Below, piece by piece: positions 1 through 9,264 of a stretch of 64,000 bases of DNA. Numbering within the stretch: the first letter of the stretch is position 1; each line of letters begins with the position of its first letter. This DNA is from Bryobacterales bacterium (GTDB lineage: Bacteria; Acidobacteriota; Terriglobia; Bryobacterales; UBA6623). The stretch covers positions 2,081,916 to 2,145,915 of the forward strand of contig OZ242276.1 of the NCBI GenBank assembly GCA_965207255.1, given 5' to 3'. Under the pieces are notes generated by a model, which was given only the letters and a program-made list of their open reading frames with translations, had not been told where the DNA came from and did not search any database. The position numbers and the translations under genes were made by a program.

Positions 1-2
1 AT

Positions 3-908
3 ATGCGGGCTTACGGCGGCGACGTGAAAATCGTGATCCACTCGTCGTCGGACGTTCGGACCGAAGAGATCCGCGCAGCCTATCTGCTGCACCTACTGGA
101 CAGGCTTTCCATCCGGTACGCGGAAGTCGTCGCCAAGAAAGAGGCGCTCTCACGCATGGCACTGTACGCACCAGCTCTGGACGATGCCTACAAGTCCAAC
201 TTCCAGTTGCTGCTGACCAAGTCGCTAGCCCACGCTGTCCAGACCCGCATGCGCTATGAACCGGAACAGAAAAAGCTCGAGCGCATCATGGACCACACGC
301 GCAATGGCTTCATCCTCGCACCGTACTTCTACGAAAAACTGGCGGAGTACGAGAAGCAGCCCCAACCGTTTCGCCGTTACTACGAAACCCTGATCGACGA
401 CATCAGGGTCCGGCAGGAGGCCGAGCGCATCCAACAGGTGAAGTTCGCCGAACGCCCCACGCGCAAGGCACCCGCACCACGACGAGTGGCCCAGCCCAAG
501 GTCTCCGAGGAGGACAAACTGCTCTCGCAAGCTGAGGGCCTGCTACAGCTCAACGAACTAGGGCAAGCGCGCAAGCTCTACGAGCAGGTATTGCAGGGCA
601 ACGGCAAGGGTCGGGGCCAGGCCAGCTACGGTCTCGGGCGCATTGCTTTGGACGAAGCAGACCCGGATCTAGCCCTAGAGCACTTCGCCATCGCGGCAGA
701 AAGTGACAGCGACACCCGCATTCGCGCCATGGCGCACATCTACATGGGCCGGATCCAAGACATCCTGGGAAATCGCGACCTCGCCGTAGGCCACTACCAG
801 AGCGCCTTGGATTCAGGGGACACCTCGCCCATCATCCAGCAGTTCGGCGAGCAAGGCCTGGCAGAACCGTTCACGGGCATGGATGAAGAAGATGGAGAGG
901 AACCGTAG
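3..908 (+). CDS. TPR-like repeat protein, 5'-truncated by the window edge
   Basis: The ORF runs off the window start. The C-terminal third (LGQARKLYEQVL...ASYGLGRIALDEADPDLALEHFAIAAE...AHIYMGRIQDILGNRDLAVGHYQSAL) reads as TPR-type helical repeats followed by an acidic tail. The N-terminal part was not recognised. Confidence 0.5.
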   Translation: MRAYGGDVKIVIHSSSDVRTEEIRAAYLLHLLDRLSIRYAEVVAKKEALSRMALYAPALDDAYKSNFQLLLTKSLAHAVQTRMRYEPEQKKLERIMDHTRNGFILAPYFYEKLAEYEKQPQPFRRYYETLIDDIRVRQEAERIQQVKFAERPTRKAPAPRRVAQPKVSEEDKLLSQAEGLLQLNELGQARKLYEQVLQGNGKGRGQASYGLGRIALDEADPDLALEHFAIAAESDSDTRIRAMAHIYMGRIQDILGNRDLAVGHYQSALDSGDTSPIIQQFGEQGLAEPFTGMDEEDGEEP

Positions 909-1065
909 TGTTCAGTCGCATCGTCATAAAGCCCCCACTAGCACCTCTGCTAGCGCTCCAGAAACCTGAGGCTTTGGTATAGTACGCTACAACAATATAT
1001 TCGATTTGCGAGGCTCGCGGGACTTCTTGGGTTCTAGCGCTTCGCCTTCAAAGGGATGCAAGGGA

Positions 1066-1344
1066 ATGTCACAGAAGAAGATCACGGTTACTTACAGGGA
1101 CCGTCCCCGTGAAGCCGTTAAGGTGCAAATCAACGAATCAACAGAAAGATGGACTGAGATTAGCCTGGAAGACGGTTCGTCGTTGCGCCTGAAGGCTGTC
1201 ATCACAAATGTGGCCCGATTGGTGGACGAGTTCGACGCTGACGGTTCCCCTGTCTATGTGGTCCGGTCAAGCAACATCTTGACAGTGGATGCGGCAGACC
1301 ATCTCCGCAAGGATTCCCTCACCCCATCCGATCAGGTGCAATGA
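1066..1344 (+). CDS. small hypothetical protein (92 aa)
   Basis: An internal ATG at 1066 is preceded by AAGGGA. It is followed 9 nt later by the next gene. No family was recognised. The region is lower in GC than the flanks. Confidence 0.4.
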   Translation: MSQKKITVTYRDRPREAVKVQINESTERWTEISLEDGSSLRLKAVITNVARLVDEFDADGSPVYVVRSSNILTVDAADHLRKDSLTPSDQVQ

Positions 1345-1353
1345 GGTGCAGCC

Positions 1354-1968
1354 ATGTCAGAGGCGCTAGCTACTACTAACTCCATCTCGGACAGTTCCGA
1401 ATTCTGCGTGGCTCAATCCGCGTATCAGGATCTCCTTAGCGGGGGGTATCAGGAAGGACTCGATCTTGGCCGCGCCGCCGAAATAGGCCTAGGGGTGGTG
1501 TTCAGCTCGGAACCGCATCGTGCCGACTCGGTCGAAATATATTCGGGCCCACTGGCAAACCGCCTCCGTCAAGTCGCCGTCGTATCGGAACCGCAAGACC
1601 TTTGGATTGATTGCCCAAGGGGGGCAGTCGATCACGTCAAGCCCCACTCGTTGATTTCCGGGCCCCAAGAAGATTGGATGGAATTCCGGCGCCTCGTGGG
1701 CCAATGGAAGACTGAACGAGGCGTGTTGTCGTCGATTACGCAGAGCGCCCTGTGCCCGGCATACCAGAGCATCATCGGAATGGGACGGCGGGCTGTGCCG
1801 TTGATTCTCCGGCAGTTGAAGTCCGAAAGAAACGATCCAGACCAGTGGTTTTGGGCGTTGCAAGTGATCACCGGAGACCAGCCCGTAAAGGACGAGGATC
1901 GAGGAAACTACGTGAAGATGGCGCAGGCATGGTTGGACTGGGGTATAAGCGAGGACAATGATTGGTAG
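1354..1968 (+). CDS. conserved hypothetical protein (204 aa)
   Basis: The ATG at 1354 lies directly after the upstream stop. The C-terminal segment (PAYQSIIGMGRRAVPLILRQLKSERNDPDQWFWALQVITGDQP...AQAWLDWG) resembles a widespread uncharacterised small-protein family. Its stop overlaps the next start. Confidence 0.5.
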   Translation: MSEALATTNSISDSSEFCVAQSAYQDLLSGGYQEGLDLGRAAEIGLGVVFSSEPHRADSVEIYSGPLANRLRQVAVVSEPQDLWIDCPRGAVDHVKPHSLISGPQEDWMEFRRLVGQWKTERGVLSSITQSALCPAYQSIIGMGRRAVPLILRQLKSERNDPDQWFWALQVITGDQPVKDEDRGNYVKMAQAWLDWGISEDNDW

Positions 1969-2406
1969 CTGGACTCTAGAAGCTCTACCCGGCTTGAATT
2001 CCGATAACGCTACGGTCACGAGCCCATCCACAAACCTGTACAACTGCATCGCTTGGGCGGTAGGAGTGGCGGATCGCAACTGGTGGCCGGACCCGGGGGC
2101 ATTGGCTATTGGCCCCGCGGTGTAGTTCGTTCTGAGACCAAGGCGGCCTTTATAAGCGCTCTTGGCACGTTGGGGTTCTCCCCTTGCGCCAACGGAGATT
2201 CTGAGCCCGGGACGGAGAAAGTTGCCCTTTTCGGGATGGGACCCCGTGGACGTGAAGTACCAACGCACGCCGCACGGCAGCTGGAGTCTGGTGAGTGGAC
2301 TAGCAAGCTCGGCGCACTCGAAGACATCACGCACTCCAGTGTGGAGGACGTCGCTTGCCCGGCGTACGGTCGCGTCATCTGCTACCTTTCCCGTCCTCGC
2401 AACTAA
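1958..2406 (+). pseudogene. conserved hypothetical gene interrupted by a frameshift in a C3G5 run
   Basis: The frame starting at ATG 1958 reads MIGSWTLEALPGLNSDNATVTSPSTNLYNCIAWAVGVADRNWWPDPG and stops at 2125. The listed ORF 2053-2406 continues the same protein as GIGYWPRGVVRSETKAAFISALGTLGFSPC...HAARQLESGEWTSKLGALEDITH... in the adjacent frame. The frames switch at CCCGGGGG (2092-2099). Confidence 0.55.
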
Positions 2407-2622
2407 GCGCGAAGTTAGGCAGAGCTTGGCTCAGGCTGGGCGGGGACCGTTTGTTCTTGCAATTGCGTCGATCATAGCGAGCCCTCGCGGAAGCAACGTT
2501 TCTTGGGATGGAGTACGGTCCCGTTGGGTCGGTCTTCTCTATGACTTGACAACTCGCTTGCCGTCATCGCCGAAGAAGGCCCTTTGCTACGATGAGAATT
2601 AGCAGCCTTTTCCTGTTGAAGC

Positions 2623-3213
2623 ATGCCGGAACAAGAGGGAATCGAGATCGGAACTGACGCCACGCCCAGCGAGGCCGAGCTTCAGGCGGAACCGCCGGAG
2701 AGCATGAATGGGGATGCCCCCTCCCCTTCGGAGGAAGGTGAGTCCGAGGCCGACGCCGACCAGTTGCGAAAAGAGCTGGAAGCGGCGCGTCAAGAACGCG
2801 ACGAGATGCTGGCCAAGCTCCAGCGTTCGCAGGCGGAATTCGAGAATATCCGCAAGCGCCTGCAGAAGGAGAAGGATGGCGTGGTGCGCTACGCCGCCTC
2901 CGACACGATCCAGTCGCTGCTGCCGATCATCGATGATTTCGAACGCGCCATCAACGCCGAAGGCGTCCCGCCGGAGATCAAGAAGGGCTTGGAGTTGATT
3001 CACCGCCGCATTTTCGAGGTCTTCTCCCGAGCCGGCCTCGTGGAAGTGGACCAGCACGAGAGCTTTGACCCGAACCTGCACTTCGCCGTCGACCGAGCAC
3101 CGGCCACCGAAGAGCAGTCCGACCAGCAGATTCTCGAGGTCTACCAGAAGGGCTACCGCTTCAAGGATCGCCTCATGCGGGCCTCAATGGTCAAGGTCGC
3201 TGTCAAGGAATAG
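2623..3213 (+). CDS. grpE: nucleotide exchange factor GrpE
   Basis: It has an acidic N-terminus, then AEFENIRKRLQKEKDGVVRYAASDTIQSLLPIIDDFERAI and a C-terminal beta domain (ILEVYQKGYRFKDRLMRASMVKV). It lies directly upstream of dnaJ. Confidence 0.95.
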   Translation: MPEQEGIEIGTDATPSEAELQAEPPESMNGDAPSPSEEGESEADADQLRKELEAARQERDEMLAKLQRSQAEFENIRKRLQKEKDGVVRYAASDTIQSLLPIIDDFERAINAEGVPPEIKKGLELIHRRIFEVFSRAGLVEVDQHESFDPNLHFAVDRAPATEEQSDQQILEVYQKGYRFKDRLMRASMVKVAVKE

Positions 3214-3243
3214 GACCCGAACGTTCCGGGGCCGGGGACCGGC

Positions 3244-4350
3244 ATGGTGCAAAAACGCGACTACTACGAGGTGCTCGGGGTTCCCCGAGGGGCGGACGAG
3301 GCCCAGTGCAAGCGCGCCTACCGCAAACTCGCCATGAAGCACCACCCGGACCGTAATCCGGGCTCCAGCGAGGCCGAGGAAAAATTCAAGGAGGCTTCCG
3401 AAGCCTACAGCGTCCTCAGTGACCCGGAAAAGCGCCAAGTGTACGACCAGTACGGCCACGAGGGCCTCGCAGGCGGCGGCATGGGTGGCTTCAATGCCAG
3501 CGACTTTCCCGACATCTTCGGCGACATCCTCGGCGATTTTTTCGGCACCAGCTCCCAGCGGGGCCGCTCGCGCGCCAAGAGCGGCGACGATCTGCTGTAC
3601 GAGCTGGAGATTGATTTCGAGGATGCCGCGTTCGGCTGCTCCAAGGAAATCCAGATTCCTCGCAACGAAACGTGCGAGCGCTGTGACGGCTCCGGTGCCG
3701 AGCCCGGAACCCGTCCACTGCAGTGCAATCGCTGCAACGGTCGCGGGCAGGTGCACACCCAACAGGGCTTCTTCATGATGAGTCGTACCTGCTCGTCCTG
3801 CCGCGGAACGGGCCAGGTCATCCAGCAGCCCTGCTCCACTTGCAGAGGCCGCGGCGTGCAGCGCGTCCAGCGCAAGCGCAAGGTCGACATCCCCGCCGGG
3901 GTCGACGACGGCATGAGGCTGCGCCTGTCGGGCGAAGGCGGCGTCGGCAGCCAGGGCGGCCCGCGTGGCGACCTTTACGTTCTGATCCAAGTGCGCGAGC
4001 ACGAGATTTTCAAGCGAGAAGATGCTGATATTCACTGCAACGTCAGCATCAACGTCGCCCAAGCCGCCCTGGGCGCCAAGATTTCGATACCGACGCTTGA
4101 GGGCGAAGAGATCCACACCGTCAAGCCGGGCACCCAATCGGGTGCGAGGCTGATGTTGCGGGGCAAGGGCATCCAGCGCGTGCGCAGCGGCCGGCGCGGA
4201 GACCTCTACGCACATGTGCACGTCCAGATTCCGAAAAAGCTCAGCGGCACGCAGCGAGAGCTGTTCGAGCAGCTCGGAGCCGCACTGGTTGCCGGCCAGG
4301 ACGCAGACGAAGAGAGTTTCTTCGACAAGCTGCGCGATGGCTTCCGCTGA
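3244..4350 (+). CDS. dnaJ: molecular chaperone DnaJ
   Basis: It has a J domain (DYYEVLGV...HHPDRN), a G/F-rich linker, and four CxxCxGxG zinc-finger repeats ([32 protein letters not shown]). Confidence 0.97.
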   Translation: MVQKRDYYEVLGVPRGADEAQCKRAYRKLAMKHHPDRNPGSSEAEEKFKEASEAYSVLSDPEKRQVYDQYGHEGLAGGGMGGFNASDFPDIFGDILGDFFGTSSQRGRSRAKSGDDLLYELEIDFEDAAFGCSKEIQIPRNETCERCDGSGAEPGTRPLQCNRCNGRGQVHTQQGFFMMSRTCSSCRGTGQVIQQPCSTCRGRGVQRVQRKRKVDIPAGVDDGMRLRLSGEGGVGSQGGPRGDLYVLIQVREHEIFKREDADIHCNVSINVAQAALGAKISIPTLEGEEIHTVKPGTQSGARLMLRGKGIQRVRSGRRGDLYAHVHVQIPKKLSGTQRELFEQLGAALVAGQDADEESFFDKLRDGFR

Positions 4351-4401
4351 GGGCTTGCGCTGAGGTACCCAGAGTCGCTCGCGATGGGCTAAGATCAACC
4401 C

Positions 4402-6609
4402 GTGTCCGTCCGGGCCGTCGTCGCTAGCCTTGCGCTGTCGCTCTTGGGCGGGTCTCTTGCGGCCCCCGCGCAGGATCAGAACGCGCGCCTAGTCGACCAG
4501 ATCACGCAGCTCGTCTCCTCCCAGCGCGGAATCAGGATCTACGACTGGGTCAATTTCGCGATCAAAGACGGCCACGTCACCCTGACAGGCGCGGTCACAA
4601 ACCGAACGCTCAAGCGTGGGATCGCACGGTCGATACTTGCGCTTGAAGCGGTCGATTCGGTAGCGAACGAGCTGGAGCTGCTGTCATCGTCGGGCGACGA
4701 CATCGGAATCCGGATCAATGCGTACTGGCGCATCTACGGGCATCCCGAAATCCGGCGGTATGCATCCCAGCAGTCGGAGTTCAGGCAGCGCCTCCGACGC
4801 TCGCCCACTGACATCCAACGGGTGTTGCTCGAACCGATCCACATCCTAGTCGAAGACCGTCACTTGACGCTTGAGGGCGAATTGGAGCAACAGCGCGAAA
4901 AGTGGGTGGTGGAAGAGCAGGCCTACGCCGTCCTGGGCGTCAGCTCGGTGACCAACAATATCGTCGTTACAGGTACCGACACTGAGGAACTAGAACCTAT
5001 CGACTTCGAGAAGGACCCCTGGTGGAGAGACTCCGGCTCCGTCGCGGAGTCGGTTGTGCGGGTCGAGAACCCGGCTGGCGCGATTCGCGTGAGGGTAGTC
5101 AATACCGAGCGCGTGCGCCTGCGCAGAACCAGCCGCTCGCGGCCGATCCGAGCAGGAGACACGACGACGACGCGACTGGCACGCAAGACGAGGATCAGCG
5201 CCAGTCCAGCTGACGGTGCGCAGATCGATTTGGAGATCGACCTGCCCTATGGACACCGCTTGGAGGTCGAGACCGTGGACGGCCCGATCTCGGTCACTGG
5301 GCTGATCCGACAGGCGGACCTCAAGACCAGCTTCGGACGGGTCGAGCTGGCCGTCCCGTGGAAGGCAGTTAGGTTTGCCGCGGCCCTGAGCCGCAAACCC
5401 GCCCATGTTGGCATCCCACCGCACCTGCGCGCCTCGTTGAGCTCACCCGAGGAGCCTGTTGTGGAATCCGCTTGGCACGTTGATGACCTCCGCGACCAGC
5501 GCCAGAGTCTGTATGGAAAGATCCGTTTGGAAGGGGTGCGGCCGGACGCGCTCGTCCTGCGGGAATCCGCCATCCCAGAGGACTCTCCGATCAGGATGCA
5601 TTGGCAAGCCACCCAGACGCTCAGCACGATGTTGAAGCGACCATTTCGCATGCGCATGACCCGCCGCGATGGCGGCCAGCAGCCGACTGACGAGATGCCG
5701 TCCGAAGAGCAAGATCAGACAGTTCGATTCAATTCCGATGTCCGCTTGGTCCAGCTGTCGGCCTCCGTGGTGGACGCAGAGGGCAGGCCCGTTCCAGGTT
5801 TGGCGCGGGAGAGCTTCGAAGTGCTCGAGGACGGAGTGGCACAGGAAATCGGGATCGTGCAGGACAACGAAGCGGAGTTCAATCTGATCCTGTTGTTGGA
5901 CTGCAGCACCAGCACCCTCGTGGACCGCACGGCAGTGCTGGAAGCTGCAAGGCAATTTGTAATGGCCGCGCGGCCAACCGACCAAGTCGGGATTTACGTA
6001 CTCTCGGATGCCTACCTGCAGGTGGTCAGCCCGCTCACGGAAGATCGAGAGGCGCTATTGCGCACGATTGAACAGATCCCGAGGCTGTCAGGCGGTACGC
6101 CGCTCTACGACGCGATCACCCTCGCGTATGCCCAAGAGCTGGCGCGACGGCGGTGGGAACGGAATGCCTTGGTTGTCATCAGCGATGGCATGGACAATGA
6201 CCTGCTGACTAGAAGGGGGCGTTCGGTCCCGTCCGCTGTCGCGTTCGAGGATCTGTTGCGGGCAGCGTCCGAGATCAACAGCGCAATCTATCCGATCTTC
6301 CTCGAACCTGACGAGCCGGGGGTGAGGGTCGAGCGCAGTTGGCGCGAACGGCAGCGTCAGTCGACCGACAAGGCTCGCGACCGGATGCAGCAGTTGGCTG
6401 ACCGAACGGGGGGACGGCTCTTCCGAGCAAGCTCTATTGGCGACCTTGACGCGGTATACGAGCAAGTTGCCGAGGAGTTGCGCAGCATTTACACGCTGGG
6501 CTACTACCCATCCAATCAAGAGTTCGACGGAGAATGGCGGCGGATCCGGGTCAATCTCAAGGGTCACAATGCCAGAGTCCGCACGCGGCCGGGATACTAC
6601 GGCTGGTGA
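4402..6609 (+). CDS. secreted BON-domain + VWFA-domain protein (acidobacterial VWFA-related type)
   Basis: It has a GTG start, a signal peptide and N-terminal BON-like repeats (IKDGHVTLTGAV...). The C-terminal VWA region (LLLDCSTS...VVISDGMDN) ends in the ...YTLGYYPSN...WRRIRVNLKG..ARVRTRPGYYG tail typical of TIGR03436-like proteins. Confidence 0.8.
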   Translation: MSVRAVVASLALSLLGGSLAAPAQDQNARLVDQITQLVSSQRGIRIYDWVNFAIKDGHVTLTGAVTNRTLKRGIARSILALEAVDSVANELELLSSSGDDIGIRINAYWRIYGHPEIRRYASQQSEFRQRLRRSPTDIQRVLLEPIHILVEDRHLTLEGELEQQREKWVVEEQAYAVLGVSSVTNNIVVTGTDTEELEPIDFEKDPWWRDSGSVAESVVRVENPAGAIRVRVVNTERVRLRRTSRSRPIRAGDTTTTRLARKTRISASPADGAQIDLEIDLPYGHRLEVETVDGPISVTGLIRQADLKTSFGRVELAVPWKAVRFAAALSRKPAHVGIPPHLRASLSSPEEPVVESAWHVDDLRDQRQSLYGKIRLEGVRPDALVLRESAIPEDSPIRMHWQATQTLSTMLKRPFRMRMTRRDGGQQPTDEMPSEEQDQTVRFNSDVRLVQLSASVVDAEGRPVPGLARESFEVLEDGVAQEIGIVQDNEAEFNLILLLDCSTSTLVDRTAVLEAARQFVMAARPTDQVGIYVLSDAYLQVVSPLTEDREALLRTIEQIPRLSGGTPLYDAITLAYAQELARRRWERNALVVISDGMDNDLLTRRGRSVPSAVAFEDLLRAASEINSAIYPIFLEPDEPGVRVERSWRERQRQSTDKARDRMQQLADRTGGRLFRASSIGDLDAVYEQVAEELRSIYTLGYYPSNQEFDGEWRRIRVNLKGHNARVRTRPGYYGW

Positions 6610-6789
6610 GCGAACACTAAGAGGCCGTGAATTCGGCGTCGAAGACCGCTTGCAGACCCCCCCTCCCCTGAGATGTTGCCGGTACGCGTTAATGCTGCTA
6701 GCCGAACTCGAAACTTACGCCCTATTCGTAGAAGGGCCGCATTGATCACTTTCTCGTTGTGACACCCTGACCGCCCGAGGGATATTGTT

Positions 6790-8574
6790 TTATTCACTCT
6801 TGCTGCTGTCAGGAATGCTCTGTCGAGCGAGATTCTCTGTGCGCAGAGGGTCTCCAGTCTGACGCATGAGGTCGATCAGACCAGCCGTAAATCCCGCGAT
6901 CTCGCCCGGTGACCCCTCCCTTACAACTTTCCGCAGTGCCTTCCCAACAATTCTGTCGTCATCCCTGCGGTCTGCCACATAGCGTAGAGCGCGCCCTAAG
7001 TCAAGACCGTCCAACGTGCCTGACCTGTGTGGTTCGATTGAAGTACTCTCTTTGCGAGTTGGTGGAGTTCCGTCCTCTGCTTTGAGACTTCCGCGAGATA
7101 CCTGAAGGTCTCCGTGGGCTTCTAGTAGCTCTCGCCCTCGGGGTGAGGTTCCGGAGGGCTCTGCAATACTCTCTGAAGCAGTCTCAAGTTCCCTGCGGCG
7201 CTTGATCAGCAAGGTCTGGCCAATCGCCAGCTTGAGCCATTGCCAGTTGAACTGCTTCAACGGAGATTGAATCGGTTCACTCATGGCCTCGGCACGCCCC
7301 AATCCACGAACATACAATCCGCCGTCCTCCAAGATCGCAAGCGAGTCCGCCCGAGTCCTCGGCGGTGACCAATGCAACAGATCCGGATAGTCATGGCTCG
7401 GAGGCTGCCCGCCTGAGGCAATTTCCGATAGGCGAGCCGCTTCGGCGCGAAAGAGTTGGGCATCCAAGACGTCAATCGGGGGCTCGGATTCGGCAGTTAT
7501 CCCAAGAATTGCACCCGCCATCGTCGCTATCGAGTCGGTGTCAGTACCAATAGCGTTCGCCGCGACCTGCAATGACTCTTTGGGCCGCGGTTCGCACCAA
7601 GTCAAGGCGGTGGCGGCCACCGCTGTGAGTATTCCGCTACCTCGCCGAGCCGGATCTTGAAGCCCAAGACGCTCCACGATTGCGCCGTATCGCTCAGCCC
7701 CTGAACCATCGGTCGGAATCTCTCGAGCGCAGTCGATTGCATCCCGCGCATCGGCAACCGCTTGGGACCATCCCGCGTTGAATGATCCCGACTCCCGCTC
7801 AAATACACCAAGCCAGTACGTTCCGACCTCCCGGTCAGATTTAATAATCTTCGGAAGGCTTGCAGCAATTTCAACGCATTGCGAGAGGTCGGCTGGGGAA
7901 GGGCTGCGGCCGGAATTCAAGGTCCAAGCTAGCGCCAAGGAGTGGAGGACCGAACCCATGAGCCCAGTCGGGTGCGAGTGGGTGCAAACGGTATTTCGGA
8001 TTACATCGAGTAGGAAACTATCGGCATCGCCTGGAGAAGCCGCTGCCCAGATGTGCGGCTGCACGCGCATAGCCGCACCATTCCCTCCCGAATTGGCCCA
8101 TCCCTTGAACGTATTGGCAAACCACGAAACGTTGGGCTTGGCCAAGTGCTCTGCTGCGGTACTTGTCGCACGGCCTCCTCCAAGCCCGTAACTAAGCCAA
8201 ACCGGGAGTTCAACCTTAGCGAAGACCTCCACGTCGAAGCCATCGGGCCCTATCGCCCGCCCAGTCGCGAGGCGCAATTGCGAATCGTCCGAATAGCAAC
8301 CTCTGGGCAGGGTAGCCGTGACGCCCGTGCGCCCACCGATCCGCCGGCCCCATTCAATGGGCGTGCGAAGCGGTTCGCCGGAAGTTCGCCGCGCAAGGCC
8401 ACGGGCATCGGTCAGTTCGCTGATCCATCCGAGTGCATCGCCGTACGCTGCCCAAAGCCCCGACCGCTCCACCTTGATTCGATGGTCGCCAACCTCTGAC
8501 GCCTTCGTAGCAACATTCAACGGTCCGGCACAGCCAGTCGGGGCGTTATTGGAGAATAAGCCACGGCTCGTCAT
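6790..8574 (-). CDS. ADP-ribosylglycohydrolase (DraG/ARH family) with a C-terminal extension of about 200 aa
   Basis: ARH signatures are present: YGDALGWISE, CYSDDSQLRLA, GGNGAAMRVQPH, GTDTDSIATMAGAILG. The start was chosen at ATG 8574 because it forms an ATGA overlap with the stop (8571) of the upstream gene. The ORF-track extension to 8691 would overlap that gene. Confidence 0.85.
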   Translation of the reverse strand: MTSRGLFSNNAPTGCAGPLNVATKASEVGDHRIKVERSGLWAAYGDALGWISELTDARGLARRTSGEPLRTPIEWGRRIGGRTGVTATLPRGCYSDDSQLRLATGRAIGPDGFDVEVFAKVELPVWLSYGLGGGRATSTAAEHLAKPNVSWFANTFKGWANSGGNGAAMRVQPHIWAAASPGDADSFLLDVIRNTVCTHSHPTGLMGSVLHSLALAWTLNSGRSPSPADLSQCVEIAASLPKIIKSDREVGTYWLGVFERESGSFNAGWSQAVADARDAIDCAREIPTDGSGAERYGAIVERLGLQDPARRGSGILTAVAATALTWCEPRPKESLQVAANAIGTDTDSIATMAGAILGITAESEPPIDVLDAQLFRAEAARLSEIASGGQPPSHDYPDLLHWSPPRTRADSLAILEDGGLYVRGLGRAEAMSEPIQSPLKQFNWQWLKLAIGQTLLIKRRRELETASESIAEPSGTSPRGRELLEAHGDLQVSRGSLKAEDGTPPTRKESTSIEPHRSGTLDGLDLGRALRYVADRRDDDRIVGKALRKVVREGSPGEIAGFTAGLIDLMRQTGDPLRTENLARQSIPDSSKSE

Positions 8575-9260
8575 TGGAACACCTCCGGGGCATAGCTCAC
8601 CCCGACATCCAACTGAAGACCGGCGAGAGATCCTCGAATTTGGTCCACGGCATCCTCGCTCTGGACGTAAATTCGCTGGAGATGCTTGCACGACAACTCG
8701 CCCGGGTATAGAACCTCGGCCTGCCTATCCGTGGGCCATCCCAGCTGTTTATCGGATCGGCTGTGGGCTTGCCCGTAGCGACCAACCACGCTGTCCGCGA
8801 ACATGCGTTGGAAGCCGGCCAGGCCCTCGAATCGAAGGCAGGAGGGATAAATGTTATTTGTGGTCGTGAAGACCACTCCTGGATGAGCCAGAATCCGAGG
8901 TAAGAATGACAGAACAACCCATGGGTTCTTGTCAGCTGCATGCCATTTCCTCGAGCTATCGAACATCCAGTCGTTTATGCGTTCTATCGAGAGACTAACA
9001 TAGTCCAACCATTGTTGATCCTTCCGGAAGTCAGTGTTGGGTCTGTATACATGTTCCAGATAGCTGTCATGCGGCAGTCGGCTTCGACTCTTCAGGGCAC
9101 CAGAGGCCAGCACACCCACACAACCACTGAACGTGGTGAAGTGAACTACGCTAGTTATCCCGACTCGCTTCGCAGCCGCTAGGACCTCTGGGCATCTCGG
9201 CAGGGAGGCGATCTCGTGAGGTGCTCGAGGAATCGCCTGATGCAATGATTCCGCGGACAT
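8571..9260 (-). CDS. DarT-like (DUF4433-like) ADP-ribosyltransferase candidate
   Basis: The order of motifs resembles DarT: VVHFTTFSG (H-x-T), LDYVSLS, VVFTTTNN, TDRQAEVLYPGEL..IYV (catalytic-Glu strand). It sits between the helicase and ARH genes with a 4-nt gap and a 4-nt overlap. The assignment is by eye only. Confidence 0.5.
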   Translation of the reverse strand: MSAESLHQAIPRAPHEIASLPRCPEVLAAAKRVGITSVVHFTTFSGCVGVLASGALKSRSRLPHDSYLEHVYRPNTDFRKDQQWLDYVSLSIERINDWMFDSSRKWHAADKNPWVVLSFLPRILAHPGVVFTTTNNIYPSCLRFEGLAGFQRMFADSVVGRYGQAHSRSDKQLGWPTDRQAEVLYPGELSCKHLQRIYVQSEDAVDQIRGSLAGLQLDVGVSYAPEVFQ

Positions 9261-9264
9261 GAAA

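Noticed and set aside
2407-2622. CIRCE (HrcA operator) or sigma-32 promoter upstream of grpE
   Set aside because: I looked for TTAGCACTC-N9-GAGTGCTAA and found no inverted repeat resembling it. A TTGACA at about 2545 has no convincing -10 partner at proper spacing, so no regulatory call was made.
3184-4398. 404-aa ORF antisense to dnaJ
   Set aside because: It fully overlaps an unambiguous dnaJ on the opposite strand. Its Ala/Leu/Arg-rich composition is typical of spurious antisense ORFs in high-GC DNA, and it has no motifs.
8575-8691. N-terminal 39-codon extension of the ARH ORF given in the ORF track
   Set aside because: It would overlap the 3' end of the DarT-like gene by about 120 nt. 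The internal ATG at 8574 gives a classic ATGA overlap, and the extension is Arg/Gly/Cys-rich with no similarity to ARH N-termini.
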